The translations under genes were made by a program, and so were the position numbers. The notes beneath the pieces are model-generated. The model made no database searches, was not told the origin of the DNA, and saw only the letters and a program-made list of their open reading frames with translations. Positions 1 to 8,310 of a stretch of DNA of 38,701 bases are shown here, one piece after another. Each line of letters begins with the position of its first letter. Positions within the stretch are counted from its first letter, which is position 1. This DNA is from Opitutales bacterium (lineage in GTDB: Bacteria > Verrucomicrobiota > Verrucomicrobiia > Opitutales > JABSRG01): the NCBI GenBank assembly GCA_049599475.1, contig JBMYOQ010000037.1:1-38701 (forward strand), in the 5' to 3' direction.

Positions 1-52
1 ATGGTGCACTTTCACCCGCAAATTACTGGTGCATTTTAACCGCAAACCGACA
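1..52. mobile_element. Probable terminal inverted repeat (one end) of an IS21-family insertion sequence; the element body lies outside the window
   Basis: The reverse complement reads TGTCGGTTTGCGGTTAAAATGCACCAGTAATTTGCGGGTGAAAGTGCACCAT: a terminal TG followed by two ~20-bp imperfect direct repeats (plus strand 2-22 TGGTGCACTTTCACCCGCAAA and 27-46 TGGTGCATTTTAACCGCAAA). This is the multiple-terminal-repeat architecture typical of IS21 ends. No transposase is in the window. Confidence 0.7.
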
Positions 53-178
53 CCCTACCATCCGTTTGCCGAAATAAATGGTAGGAACTGTATTGATGCC
101 CCTTCGCCTCATTGTGACGCGAAAAAAAACCTCGTGTCGTATTTTTGAATCCGATTAGGGGCGTGGTTTCGCTAAATC

Positions 179-979
179 TTAGCGATCTACTTCGCGTTTG
201 CGATTTTGGAGATATGCATCGCGAAGGGAAATGTAGGGATCTACGGCTAAATCTTTCAGGCGCTCGTAGCTGTCAATCAACTCAGGTGTTTCGTTTACGG
301 TCTCCAGAGTGCGCAGGGACCACTCGAATTCCCATTCCCAATCGTCCCAGACATGTTCTGTCCACTCGTAGGGGTGCAAGTATGAATCCCCAATTCGCCC
401 CACAAGATCGCGGGCTGTGGACGGTCCGAGAATTGGTAACACTAAATAAGGGCCATTATCAATCCCCCAAACGCCTAGAGTCTGCCCTAGGTCCTCTTCA
501 GGAATGTCTGCGAGACCGTCGATTTCCTCGGAAACTTTGACAAATCCAAGTATGCCCACAGTGGAATTAACGAGAAACTTTCCTGTTTCCTGGCCGGCTC
601 GCTCAAACTTACCTTGCAGGGCCGAATTCACCATACGCACCGGGTAAGCTAGGTTATCGAAGAAATTTCCTATGCCTTCACGTACTGGCTCAGGGGCCAC
701 TTTCTTATATCCATTCGCTACGGGTGAAAGGACCCATTCATAGGCTTTGTCGTTGAATGCAAAAACGGCTCGATTTACGGGCTCGAAGGGGTCAGATACC
801 TCATCAAAGCCATCGTCGAAATCTGCGAACTCATCATCTGAGGCGTCGCCACCCATGGGCGCGGCCTTCGCGGCGCTCTGCGAGCCGGTCTCGCTATCGC
901 GACTAGAACATCCCGTCCCGAGGACCAGGGAAGTGAGAAGGATGCTTAAAATCGAAAATTTAAATGGGGCAGGGTTCAT
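179..979 (-). CDS. mlaA: MlaA/VacJ family outer-membrane lipoprotein
   Basis: Lipobox LGTGC; family motifs DPFEPVNRAVFAFND, NSTVGILG, EDLGQTLGVWG, GPYLVLPILGPSTARD and DPY..RDAYLQ.R. Confidence 0.95.
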   Translation of the reverse strand: MNPAPFKFSILSILLTSLVLGTGCSSRDSETGSQSAAKAAPMGGDASDDEFADFDDGFDEVSDPFEPVNRAVFAFNDKAYEWVLSPVANGYKKVAPEPVREGIGNFFDNLAYPVRMVNSALQGKFERAGQETGKFLVNSTVGILGFVKVSEEIDGLADIPEEDLGQTLGVWGIDNGPYLVLPILGPSTARDLVGRIGDSYLHPYEWTEHVWDDWEWEFEWSLRTLETVNETPELIDSYERLKDLAVDPYISLRDAYLQNRKREVDR

Positions 980-1006
980 AGTAGTTTGTGGATCGTTTTA
1001 AATAGA

Positions 1007-1606
1007 TTATCGGGATTTTTTCTTTTCGACGAGCTCGCCGAGTGAACTGATCAGGCCATCAGGCCCTTTTCTCTGCAGAAGTGAGGTGAACTGACTTCGG
1101 TAATTGCTCACCAGGCTTACGCCTTCGATAATTACATCGTATACTTGCCATTCGTCTTCGTGCAGAGTCATGCGGTAGAGTATTTCGAGAGAGCCTGTAT
1201 CCGATACGGCTTCAGTGTGCACTTCGCGTCTAGTTTCTCCCAAGGGCAGTTCCTTTAGGTATTTTACTTCGGAGTCGCCGCCTTCATTCAGTTGGTCCGC
1301 GTATGTGAGGATCAAAAGTTCTGAGAAATCAGCGACGAAGGTCGCCTGTTGCTCTGCAGAAAGTTGAGACCACCCTCGAGCTAGAGCGCGTCGCGCTATG
1401 TGGTCGGGTGAAAAGAAGGACTCTACCTGCTCCCGAAGCGCTGCCCGGTGTTCAGGCTGTTTGAAATCGCGCCCTTCGCTCGTGAGCTTCTGAACTCCGC
1501 TAATAGCCTTTTGCAGCTTTTCGGTAGCGGTAAGGGCGATACAAAATTGAGCACTGACTAGAGCGCAGGCGAGTAAAACGATGTGACTGGGTTTTGCTAA
1601 AAGCAT
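1007..1606 (-). CDS. mlaC: MlaC/Ttg2D periplasmic phospholipid-binding protein
   Basis: Signal peptide; ARRALARGW and WQVYDVIIEGVSLVSNYRSQF motifs; position in the mla operon. Confidence 0.93.
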   Translation of the reverse strand: MLLAKPSHIVLLACALVSAQFCIALTATEKLQKAISGVQKLTSEGRDFKQPEHRAALREQVESFFSPDHIARRALARGWSQLSAEQQATFVADFSELLILTYADQLNEGGDSEVKYLKELPLGETRREVHTEAVSDTGSLEILYRMTLHEDEWQVYDVIIEGVSLVSNYRSQFTSLLQRKGPDGLISSLGELVEKKKSR

Positions 1607-1629
1607 GGCTGGAACAAAGGGTATATCGG

Positions 1630-2085
1630 TTAATCTTCAACAGAACCAAAGGCAAAATTCTTAATTAAACCTTCTAAATCGACTGCAGACTCGGTCTCGA
1701 AGAGATCGCCTCCCGGCTCAATGGGAAATCCAGAACCGCCGGGTTGGACGCTCAGATACTTGTCGCCAATCAATCCGTCGGTTTTAACTGAGGCGATTGA
1801 GTCATCATCCAGAATGAGCCAATTCGGTATATCCATATAGGCCCAGACGGTGAAATTTTCCCGATCGAGTTCTAGTTTAGACACAGATCCTACTTTGACA
1901 CCTGAAACTCGGATAGCACTTCCTTCGCGCAGTCCGGTAACATCATTGAAGCGTGCGCGGATCGTGTAGGAGTCTGCTCCAGACCACGGTTTTCCCCCTA
2001 GAGTGAGCGTGAGATAGATGGCTGCGATAAGACCGGCGATTACAAAGGCGCCGACTGCGAATTCTTGTTTGCGCGAATTGTGCAT
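1630..2085 (-). CDS. mlaD: MlaD MCE-domain protein
   Basis: N-terminal TM (VGAFVIAG); F.DVTGL..GS.IRVSGVKVGSV and TDGLIGDKYL MCE motifs. Confidence 0.95.
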   Translation of the reverse strand: MHNSRKQEFAVGAFVIAGLIAAIYLTLTLGGKPWSGADSYTIRARFNDVTGLREGSAIRVSGVKVGSVSKLELDRENFTVWAYMDIPNWLILDDDSIASVKTDGLIGDKYLSVQPGGSGFPIEPGGDLFETESAVDLEGLIKNFAFGSVED

Positions 2086-2091
2086 AATGAA

Positions 2092-3378
2092 TCAATAGGA
2101 CCATGGAGGACGCGTGTCCGAGCATGATAGTTGAACGAAAGGTTTTAGCTGCTTACGGGCGAGCGCGAGGGTCGCACGGAAAGGCAGGTTGGTCTCTCCG
2201 CTAAGAGGGACCCGTGAAATCGTAATTGAAAAATCGACACAGCGGTCTCGGACTCTTGAACCACCCGAGATTTCTGGAATTTCTTTTAGCTTTGCTTCAA
2301 AGGCATGGATTAATTTTTCGCTGTCGGCTTCGTTATCTCTCACCGAAATGGCGCCTAGTTCGTTTCGACCGCAGCGCGAGGCGTATTCCCATGACTCTAG
2401 GCAGCTCGAAACACCTTCGGCCACATGTTGAAATAAGTGCTGGGCGGCGACGTGGCCCAAGACTTCCGTTACGTCGTCAAACGCTTCAATGCGGAATAAC
2501 CAGAAGTGAGCGGGTTCTTCGAGGCGTCGCATCGTATACCGCTGCTCAAAGAGTAGGGGTTCGAGCAGTCCCGAAAGCTCATTTTGCAAGGTCTCATGAC
2601 TGTCCAAGAAGCTACGCAGAACAGGATTATCTGACCGCTCGATGATATGACTCGGTTCCGAGAGAATTGCTTTTCCTTCGTCAATCAACGCTATGTGATC
2701 GCTGATATAGAATACCTCCGGGATGTCGTGGCTTACAATTATCGCTGTAAAGCCAACCTTCTTCTGCGTGTCAGCTATCAGACTGAAAACTGCGTTGCGA
2801 CGAACGGGATCGAGTCCAGTGGTGGGCTCATCGAAAAGGACGATCTCTGGTTCGGTGATCAATGCTCTCGCCAGCGCTACACGCCGCTGCATGCCTCCGG
2901 AAATTTCACCGGGGTAATTATTCCTAATATTGTCGATGTCTAGAACATGGAGGAGTCTTACGACCTTCTTGTGCTGGTCGCGACGAGATCCGATTTTATG
3001 CTCTTTGAGGGGCAGGGCGATATTCTCGTAAACCGACAGAGAATCGAAGAGAGCGGAATTTTGGAACATATAGCTCATCCGCTTACGGAAGTCTTTTGAA
3101 GAATTCCGATTCTTGTCCCAGGAAATCGGGGATCCTCGAAATTCTACCGACCCGGCGTCCGGAGTCATAATGCCAGAAAGACACTTTAAAAAGACGGATT
3201 TGCCCGTCCCGCTCTTGCCAATGACCGTGACAATTTGCTTCTCATAGACATCAATATCCACTCCATCGAGTACTGACTTCTCGCCGAAGCTCTTCTTCAT
3301 GTCGCGGACACGGATCAAGGGTGCCGAGTCTCTTGCGAGCACGTCTTCCGCTTTTGTGTTGTCCACTACAGCATCCAT
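2092..3378 (-). CDS. mlaF: MlaF ABC ATPase with an extra ~165-aa C-terminal degenerate GGDEF-like domain
   Basis: Walker A GKSGTGKS, FQNSALFDSL, ISGGMQRRVALARAL, LFDEPTTGLDP and SHD. Residues ~266-428 resemble a GGDEF fold (see findings). Confidence 0.92.
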   Translation of the reverse strand: MDAVVDNTKAEDVLARDSAPLIRVRDMKKSFGEKSVLDGVDIDVYEKQIVTVIGKSGTGKSVFLKCLSGIMTPDAGSVEFRGSPISWDKNRNSSKDFRKRMSYMFQNSALFDSLSVYENIALPLKEHKIGSRRDQHKKVVRLLHVLDIDNIRNNYPGEISGGMQRRVALARALITEPEIVLFDEPTTGLDPVRRNAVFSLIADTQKKVGFTAIIVSHDIPEVFYISDHIALIDEGKAILSEPSHIIERSDNPVLRSFLDSHETLQNELSGLLEPLLFEQRYTMRRLEEPAHFWLFRIEAFDDVTEVLGHVAAQHLFQHVAEGVSSCLESWEYASRCGRNELGAISVRDNEADSEKLIHAFEAKLKEIPEISGGSRVRDRCVDFSITISRVPLSGETNLPFRATLALARKQLKPFVQLSCSDTRPPWSY

Positions 3379-4151
3379 GCGGTTACCAGGTAGTCGAGAA
3401 TGAGCGTTGCGATGCTAGACATCACAACGGCGGATGTTGCTGCGGTATTCACGCCCTGGGAACCATGAAGGCCCCCGTGTTTGTGCAAATTATATCCCAT
3501 GTAGCAGCAAATCATGAGAGCGTTGGCGGCAAACAGTAGAGATTTAGTATACCCACCAATGACTCCCGGCAGGTCGATACTGTCATAGACACGATACCAG
3601 TAGGTGCCTGAATCAACATCGAGCATCACGACAGTAGCTAAATATCCACCGTAGATACCCACGATATTGAAAATGGAAGTGAGCATCGGGAAACAAATCA
3701 TTCCCGCAATCAGACGCGGTCCCACCAGAAACGAAAGGGGAGGGATGTCCATAGTCTCGAGAGCGTCGATCTGCTCCGAGGAGCGCATCATGCCCAACTC
3801 GGCCGCCATGGTGGAGCCCGCTTGGCCGATCACCATCAGGGCTGTCAAAACAGGTCCGAGCTCGCGCACGAGCGAAAGCGCGACAGCGGCCCCGACCAGA
3901 CCCTCAGTCCCGAATTGCGACAAGGTATGATAGCCCTGCAGCCCAAGAACCAAACCGGTAAAGATTGATACGAGCAAAATGACGGGTATGCACCGGACGC
4001 CGATCTGGTACACCTGATGAGAAATTTTCGAAATTGAAAACCGCGGGCCTAAGCTGAGGCAAAGAGCCTTTGCGCCAAAAATAGTGGCGTCGCCAAGCAT
4101 ATAGGCGATTCGCAGCGTCCAGCTGCCGACAAATGAGAAAATTGGATACAC
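3366..4151 (-). CDS. mlaE: MlaE ABC permease
   Basis: FTGLVLGLQ, RELGPVLTAL, AAELGMM..SEQIDALETM.I.P and GV..AATSAVV motifs; 13-nt overlap with mlaF. Confidence 0.95.
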   Translation of the reverse strand: MYPIFSFVGSWTLRIAYMLGDATIFGAKALCLSLGPRFSISKISHQVYQIGVRCIPVILLVSIFTGLVLGLQGYHTLSQFGTEGLVGAAVALSLVRELGPVLTALMVIGQAGSTMAAELGMMRSSEQIDALETMDIPPLSFLVGPRLIAGMICFPMLTSIFNIVGIYGGYLATVVMLDVDSGTYWYRVYDSIDLPGVIGGYTKSLLFAANALMICCYMGYNLHKHGGLHGSQGVNTAATSAVVMSSIATLILDYLVTAWML

Positions 4152-4339
4152 GGATAAACTTCAGGTGCCTTTTCTGAGCGGGGAGATCAAATGATAGTTT
4201 AAACTCATTAAAATACAATCGGTTGCAAGTGGGAACTTTAAGTAACCTTAACGATACTCAGGAACGAATTTCGTTCCCAAAAGGTTACGATTCCTAGAGT
4301 TGCACTTATCGATTTACCCCTATTTCTCTATCTATCAGA

Positions 4340-5050
4340 ATGTGTGGCCGTTATGTCATTACCGCATCGGGTCAGGTCATCGCTGATGCCTTCGGGCTCG
4401 ATACGATCCCTCAGCTCTCTCCGAGTTACAACATCTTCCCCGGACAGCCGATCATGGCTATTCGGCGGAGTTTGAGCTCGCAGACTAATAGACTGGAAGC
4501 GAATTGGTTCAACTGGGGCCTCGTTCCGAGTTGGGCAGATAGTCCAAAAATCGCATTCAAAACGATCAATGCGCGATCGGAGACGGCGCGCACTTTGCCT
4601 ACATTTCGAGAAGCATACAAATACCGACGCTGCATCATTCCCGCTACCGGCTACTATGAGTGGAAGCACACGGGATCTGGAAAGCCGACCCCGTATTTCA
4701 TCACGCGCTCTGATCGAGGGCTTATACTTATGGCCGGACTCTGGGAGCATTGGATGAGTCCTGACGGCAGTGAGATCGAATCGGCGACCATTTTAACTCG
4801 GGACTCCAAGGCACATCCTGAAATTAGTGCCGTCCACCACCGAATGCCCGTAATGTTGACTCAGGAAGACTTCGGCATCTGGTACGGCGTTCAAAAACCG
4901 GATGCAGCGAGCTATCAGACGCTTACACAACGTGCTTTGGCTGATAGTTTCGACACTTGGCCGGTGTCTGATGCGGTCAATAAAGTAGGGCGCGACGCCC
5001 CAGAATTACTCGAAAGAGTGGGCATTCTCGAACAAGGTGAACTTTTTTAA
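4340..5050 (+). CDS. SOS response-associated peptidase (SRAP/YedK/HMCES-like abasic-site crosslinking protein)
   Basis: N-terminal MCGRY (Cys2), INARSET, RRCIIPATGYYEW, MAGLWE and HHRMPV. Confidence 0.95.
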   Translation: MCGRYVITASGQVIADAFGLDTIPQLSPSYNIFPGQPIMAIRRSLSSQTNRLEANWFNWGLVPSWADSPKIAFKTINARSETARTLPTFREAYKYRRCIIPATGYYEWKHTGSGKPTPYFITRSDRGLILMAGLWEHWMSPDGSEIESATILTRDSKAHPEISAVHHRMPVMLTQEDFGIWYGVQKPDAASYQTLTQRALADSFDTWPVSDAVNKVGRDAPELLERVGILEQGELF

Positions 5051-5117
5051 TACAAAATCGTTGAAAAATGCTTGGTAAACGCGCATTACTGCTCGTTTTT
5101 CCAAATCGAACGCGATT

Positions 5118-5318
5118 ATGAGAGACGACTACTTAAAGCAGGCCCAAAAAGTTATCACTGATCCCAACATTCTGATCAATGTGGTATCTCGCCGTGTGAA
5201 ACAGCTCAAGAGCGGCAACCGTCCGCTGGTAGAGAGCTTGGAGCGCCTAAACGCAGAAGACATCGCATTGCGCGAGATTATCGAGGGTAAGATCACTTAC
5301 CAGCTCGCTGAAGATTAA
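5118..5318 (+). CDS. rpoZ: RNA polymerase omega subunit
   Basis: 66 aa; LINVVSRRVKQL..G..PLV and IALREI.EGKI motifs. Confidence 0.88.
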   Translation: MRDDYLKQAQKVITDPNILINVVSRRVKQLKSGNRPLVESLERLNAEDIALREIIEGKITYQLAED

Positions 5319-5352
5319 TCTTCGAAGCTCGGTTCAACCGACTCTAATTTCA

Positions 5353-5389
5353 TTCCACCGGCTGCCTTCGGGACTGGTGGATTTTTTTT
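5353..5389 (+). terminator. Intrinsic terminator after rpoZ
   Basis: Stem TCCACCGG/CTGGTGGA followed by T8. Confidence 0.7.
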
Positions 5390-5402
5390 CTTAAATTTAA
5401 AC

Positions 5403-5879
5403 GTGTCTCCGAAACGCAAAGACCGCAAAGGCGGAGAGATCAAAAACTCCAAGGCTCGCCATCGATTCAATATCGGTGAGACCTTTGAGGCTGGCATCGT
5501 TTTGCAAGGGACCGAAGTGAAAACGATTCGCGAGGGACGGGCGCAGATTCACGAGAGCTTCTGTCGTTTCAACAAAAACGAACTCTTTCTCTACAATACG
5601 CATATCGAAGAATATGCATTCGGAAACTATGCGAACCACAAGGCTACTCGACCACGGAAACTTTTGCTGAATCGGCGGGAGCTTAATAAGATCCGCGGCG
5701 CTCTTGAAACGAGCAATCAGACCTGCGTGCCACTGCGGATGTATCTAAAGCATGGCTTGGTGAAAGTTGAAATTGCTCTGTGCACCGGCAAAAAGTTGTT
5801 CGACAAGCGCCAAGATTTAAAAAAGAAAACCGATATGCGCGAGGCTCAGCGCGCAATGAAGCATTACAATCAACGCTAA
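5403..5879 (+). CDS. smpB: SsrA-binding protein SmpB
   Basis: GTG start; NSKA, EAGIVLQGTEVKTIR, RPRKLLL and GKKLFDKR motifs. Confidence 0.97.
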   Translation: MSPKRKDRKGGEIKNSKARHRFNIGETFEAGIVLQGTEVKTIREGRAQIHESFCRFNKNELFLYNTHIEEYAFGNYANHKATRPRKLLLNRRELNKIRGALETSNQTCVPLRMYLKHGLVKVEIALCTGKKLFDKRQDLKKKTDMREAQRAMKHYNQR

Positions 5880-5880
5880 T

Positions 5881-6792
5881 ATGATTACCGAAGCGGTCAC
5901 TGTCCAAACTCCAGCCAGCACCTCCAATTGCGGCCCAGGATTCGATGTCTTAGGCATCGCTCTGAGCCTTTATAATTATGTCCGCGTGCAGGCTACGGAT
6001 GGAGACGGAGTGAGCTACTCCGGAGATGCTGACATGTCCGAGGCATCGATCAAGATGGTCGAGCAAGCCGGGCGCTTATTTTTCAAAACAACGGGAATCA
6101 AGCCACACGGTTTCTCATTTGATATCTGGGGCCAAATTCCGATCGCGCGTGGATTGGGATCCAGCTCGACACTGCGTGCGGGGATCGTTGCTGGATTGAA
6201 TGCAATTCACGGGCAGCCCCTGGATAAGGACGGGCTCGCCAATGCCGTTTGCCAGCTAGATCATAGCCCAGACAATACCTGCCCACTCGTGCATGGCGGG
6301 TTCTGTGTCGCTCGCACCGATTCACGCAGCGGCCGTTATCTGTTTACGCTGAAACACGAGGTCACTTCAGACGTGCGCTTTGTAGTGATCTCTCCCGAAA
6401 ATCGAGTGCTTACAGACGATGCACGGGCTGTATTGCCTGAAAAACTTCCGTTTAAGGACGCAGTTCGAAGCATTAACAGTGTCGCGACAGTAGTTTCCAT
6501 TTTTGCTTCTCAGAAATACGAGCTACTGGAGAACGCCATTACCGATTTCATCCATCATCCGTATCGTGGGAAGTTGAACCCATTTTTCGTGGAAGCCGTA
6601 AGAGCTGGGCGGAATGCTGGCGCCTGGAACGGTTGGCTGAGCGGAAGCGGGTCGAGTGTCCTGTGCATCTGCCCGGAAAGCGTAGCGAATTCTGTAGCGA
6701 CCGAGATGGCGGCCATCTTTGAGCAAGCAGGAGTGCAGTCACAGCGTTTCATCCTCGAAGCGGACAATGTAGGCCTTCAGTTGGTGTCCTAA
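5881..6792 (+). CDS. thrB: Homoserine kinase (GHMP family)
   Basis: PASTSNCGPGFDVLG, PIARGLGSSS, HSPDN and LSGSGSS motifs. Confidence 0.93.
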   Translation: MITEAVTVQTPASTSNCGPGFDVLGIALSLYNYVRVQATDGDGVSYSGDADMSEASIKMVEQAGRLFFKTTGIKPHGFSFDIWGQIPIARGLGSSSTLRAGIVAGLNAIHGQPLDKDGLANAVCQLDHSPDNTCPLVHGGFCVARTDSRSGRYLFTLKHEVTSDVRFVVISPENRVLTDDARAVLPEKLPFKDAVRSINSVATVVSIFASQKYELLENAITDFIHHPYRGKLNPFFVEAVRAGRNAGAWNGWLSGSGSSVLCICPESVANSVATEMAAIFEQAGVQSQRFILEADNVGLQLVS

Positions 6793-6801
6793 CACGACTC
6801 G

Positions 6802-7281
6802 ATGATTCATATCATCTTACATCAACCGGAGATTCCCCAAAATACAGGGAATATCGGGCGGATGTGCGCGATCACGAAGTCGAGACTTCATTTGATACAC
6901 CCGCTTGGGTTTGAAGTCTCAGATAAGCAGCTACGGCGTTCCGGTATGGACTATTGGAAAGACCTTGATGTGTATCATCACGAAAACTGGGACGCTTTTA
7001 AAGCTAGCGCTGAGGGGCCGACTGGAGCGATCTATCTGTTCACAACACATGCAACTCAAGCGCATTGGGATGTGGAATTTGAAGATGGTTGCGGGCTTTT
7101 GTTTGGCAATGAAGGCTCCGGAGTCCCTGAGTCCATCCATCAACAATTTGCGGATACACGAATCAAAATCCCTCATTGGGACACAAGTTTACGCAGTTTG
7201 AATCTTGCGACCTCGGCCGGCATCGCAACCTATGAGGCGCTGAGACAAATTGTGGGCTCCGGAAATCTAAAGTTACCTTAA
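6802..7281 (+). CDS. trmL: tRNA (cytidine/uridine-34-2'-O)-methyltransferase TrmL
   Basis: PEIPQNTGNIGR, RRSGMDYW, LFGNEGSG and RSLNLA SPOUT motifs. Confidence 0.95.
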   Translation: MIHIILHQPEIPQNTGNIGRMCAITKSRLHLIHPLGFEVSDKQLRRSGMDYWKDLDVYHHENWDAFKASAEGPTGAIYLFTTHATQAHWDVEFEDGCGLLFGNEGSGVPESIHQQFADTRIKIPHWDTSLRSLNLATSAGIATYEALRQIVGSGNLKLP

Positions 7282-7300
7282 GTTTTGCCAAATCTTCCCT

Positions 7301-7316
7301 TGGCATCTATCCTGCA
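7301..7316 (+). promoter_or_regulatory. Putative sigma-54 (-24/-12) promoter for the PDZ protein gene
   Basis: TGGCATCTATCCTGCA matches TGGCAC-N5-TTGCW with exact GG-N10-GC spacing, 20 nt upstream of the ATG at 7337. Confidence 0.55.
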
Positions 7317-7336
7317 AATCCGTCCGTAAAAACAGG

Positions 7337-8020
7337 ATGTTTCGACCGATTACCTCATTTCTCCATTTTTTCCTAGCTCTGGCACTCACCAGCAGCGTGT
7401 TTGCTCTGCAGTCGGAGCCCACGATGGACAAACGTGGACTATTGGGGGTTGTCTTGGATGGTCAGTATTTCCCGAAAGCACAAAATGGGCGTAAAGCCGT
7501 TGGCGTGCGAATCGCCGAGATACAACCAGGTCTCGCAGCTGATCGCGCAGATCTGCATAACGGAGATATAGTCCTTTCTGTAAATGAGCAGAGCGTCTCG
7601 AGTGTCCGTGAACTCCAGGTGGCGATTGCTAGTAAAAAGCCGGGGAGCCAGATAACGCTCACTGTTTCACGGAATGAAGAGGTCTTTATGCGCTCCGTTA
7701 TCTTAGGAGACTGGTTTGATTTCTTGGTCCGCACACCGATTTTCGGTCCTTTCATCTCTGATGTAGGCTTGCGGCCGCTGAACGAAAATGAGCGTCAACT
7801 CCTTCAACTTCCTGCCGAAGTGAACGGCCTGCTTGTAGAACGCGTCTCCGACAGATCTTTATACCAATTTGTGTTCCGAGAGGGGATGGTAATCACCTCG
7901 ATCAATGGCGCTGATATTTTGAGTCCATCTCAGGCTGCGCGCGCAATAAAAGAGGACGGGAATGAGTTTCAGTATTACTTCAACGGGATCTACGGGAGTT
8001 TTTCTTTGCTAAAAGAGTGA
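7337..8020 (+). CDS. Secreted tandem-PDZ protein (HtrA/DegQ-like PDZ half without a protease domain)
   Basis: Signal peptide (..SSVFA); RGLLGV, GV.I..I.PG.AA..A.L..GDIVLSVN; second PDZ-like unit GLLVERV..REGMVITSING. Confidence 0.8.
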   Translation: MFRPITSFLHFFLALALTSSVFALQSEPTMDKRGLLGVVLDGQYFPKAQNGRKAVGVRIAEIQPGLAADRADLHNGDIVLSVNEQSVSSVRELQVAIASKKPGSQITLTVSRNEEVFMRSVILGDWFDFLVRTPIFGPFISDVGLRPLNENERQLLQLPAEVNGLLVERVSDRSLYQFVFREGMVITSINGADILSPSQAARAIKEDGNEFQYYFNGIYGSFSLLKE

Positions 8021-8051
8021 GAAAATCCGTTTTCCGGTGATTAATACATTG

Positions 8052-8225
8052 CTACTCGTTTGCTGATTCTGTCGATGTTTTAGGCTCTTGATCCTTGGAG
8101 CCCTCGTACAGCAAATAATTGAAGACTAACATGTATGCTAAGATCGCAATCACGATCCACCTCACCTTGATCACAAAAGGTTTTTTATCATCTGCCTGTA
8201 CGTGAGGGCTTTTTGAATCACTCAT
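8052..8225 (-). CDS. Small (57 aa) single-pass membrane protein, hypothetical
   Basis: Re-started at ATG 8225 (MSDSKSPH...) to avoid overlap with the kinase gene; one clear TM segment (WIVIAILAYMLVFNYLLY); fills an otherwise empty gap. Confidence 0.55.
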   Translation of the reverse strand: MSDSKSPHVQADDKKPFVIKVRWIVIAILAYMLVFNYLLYEGSKDQEPKTSTESANE

Positions 8226-8310
8226 GTTTGGGAATCGTTGAAAGTTCCGAAACAGAAGTAAAGCCAACACATTTTTATCTCCACACGCCAATCTCCACCC
8301 CCGAGATTCG

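Noticed and set aside
4217..4314. SRP RNA (ffs) or 6S RNA identity for the rod-like repeat
   Set aside because: TCAGG is present, but the GGAA tetraloop and AGCAG counterpart of SRP domain IV are absent. The rod is too short for 6S.
5319..5402. tmRNA next to smpB
   Set aside because: The gap is only 84 bp and holds a terminator; no tRNA-like ends are seen.
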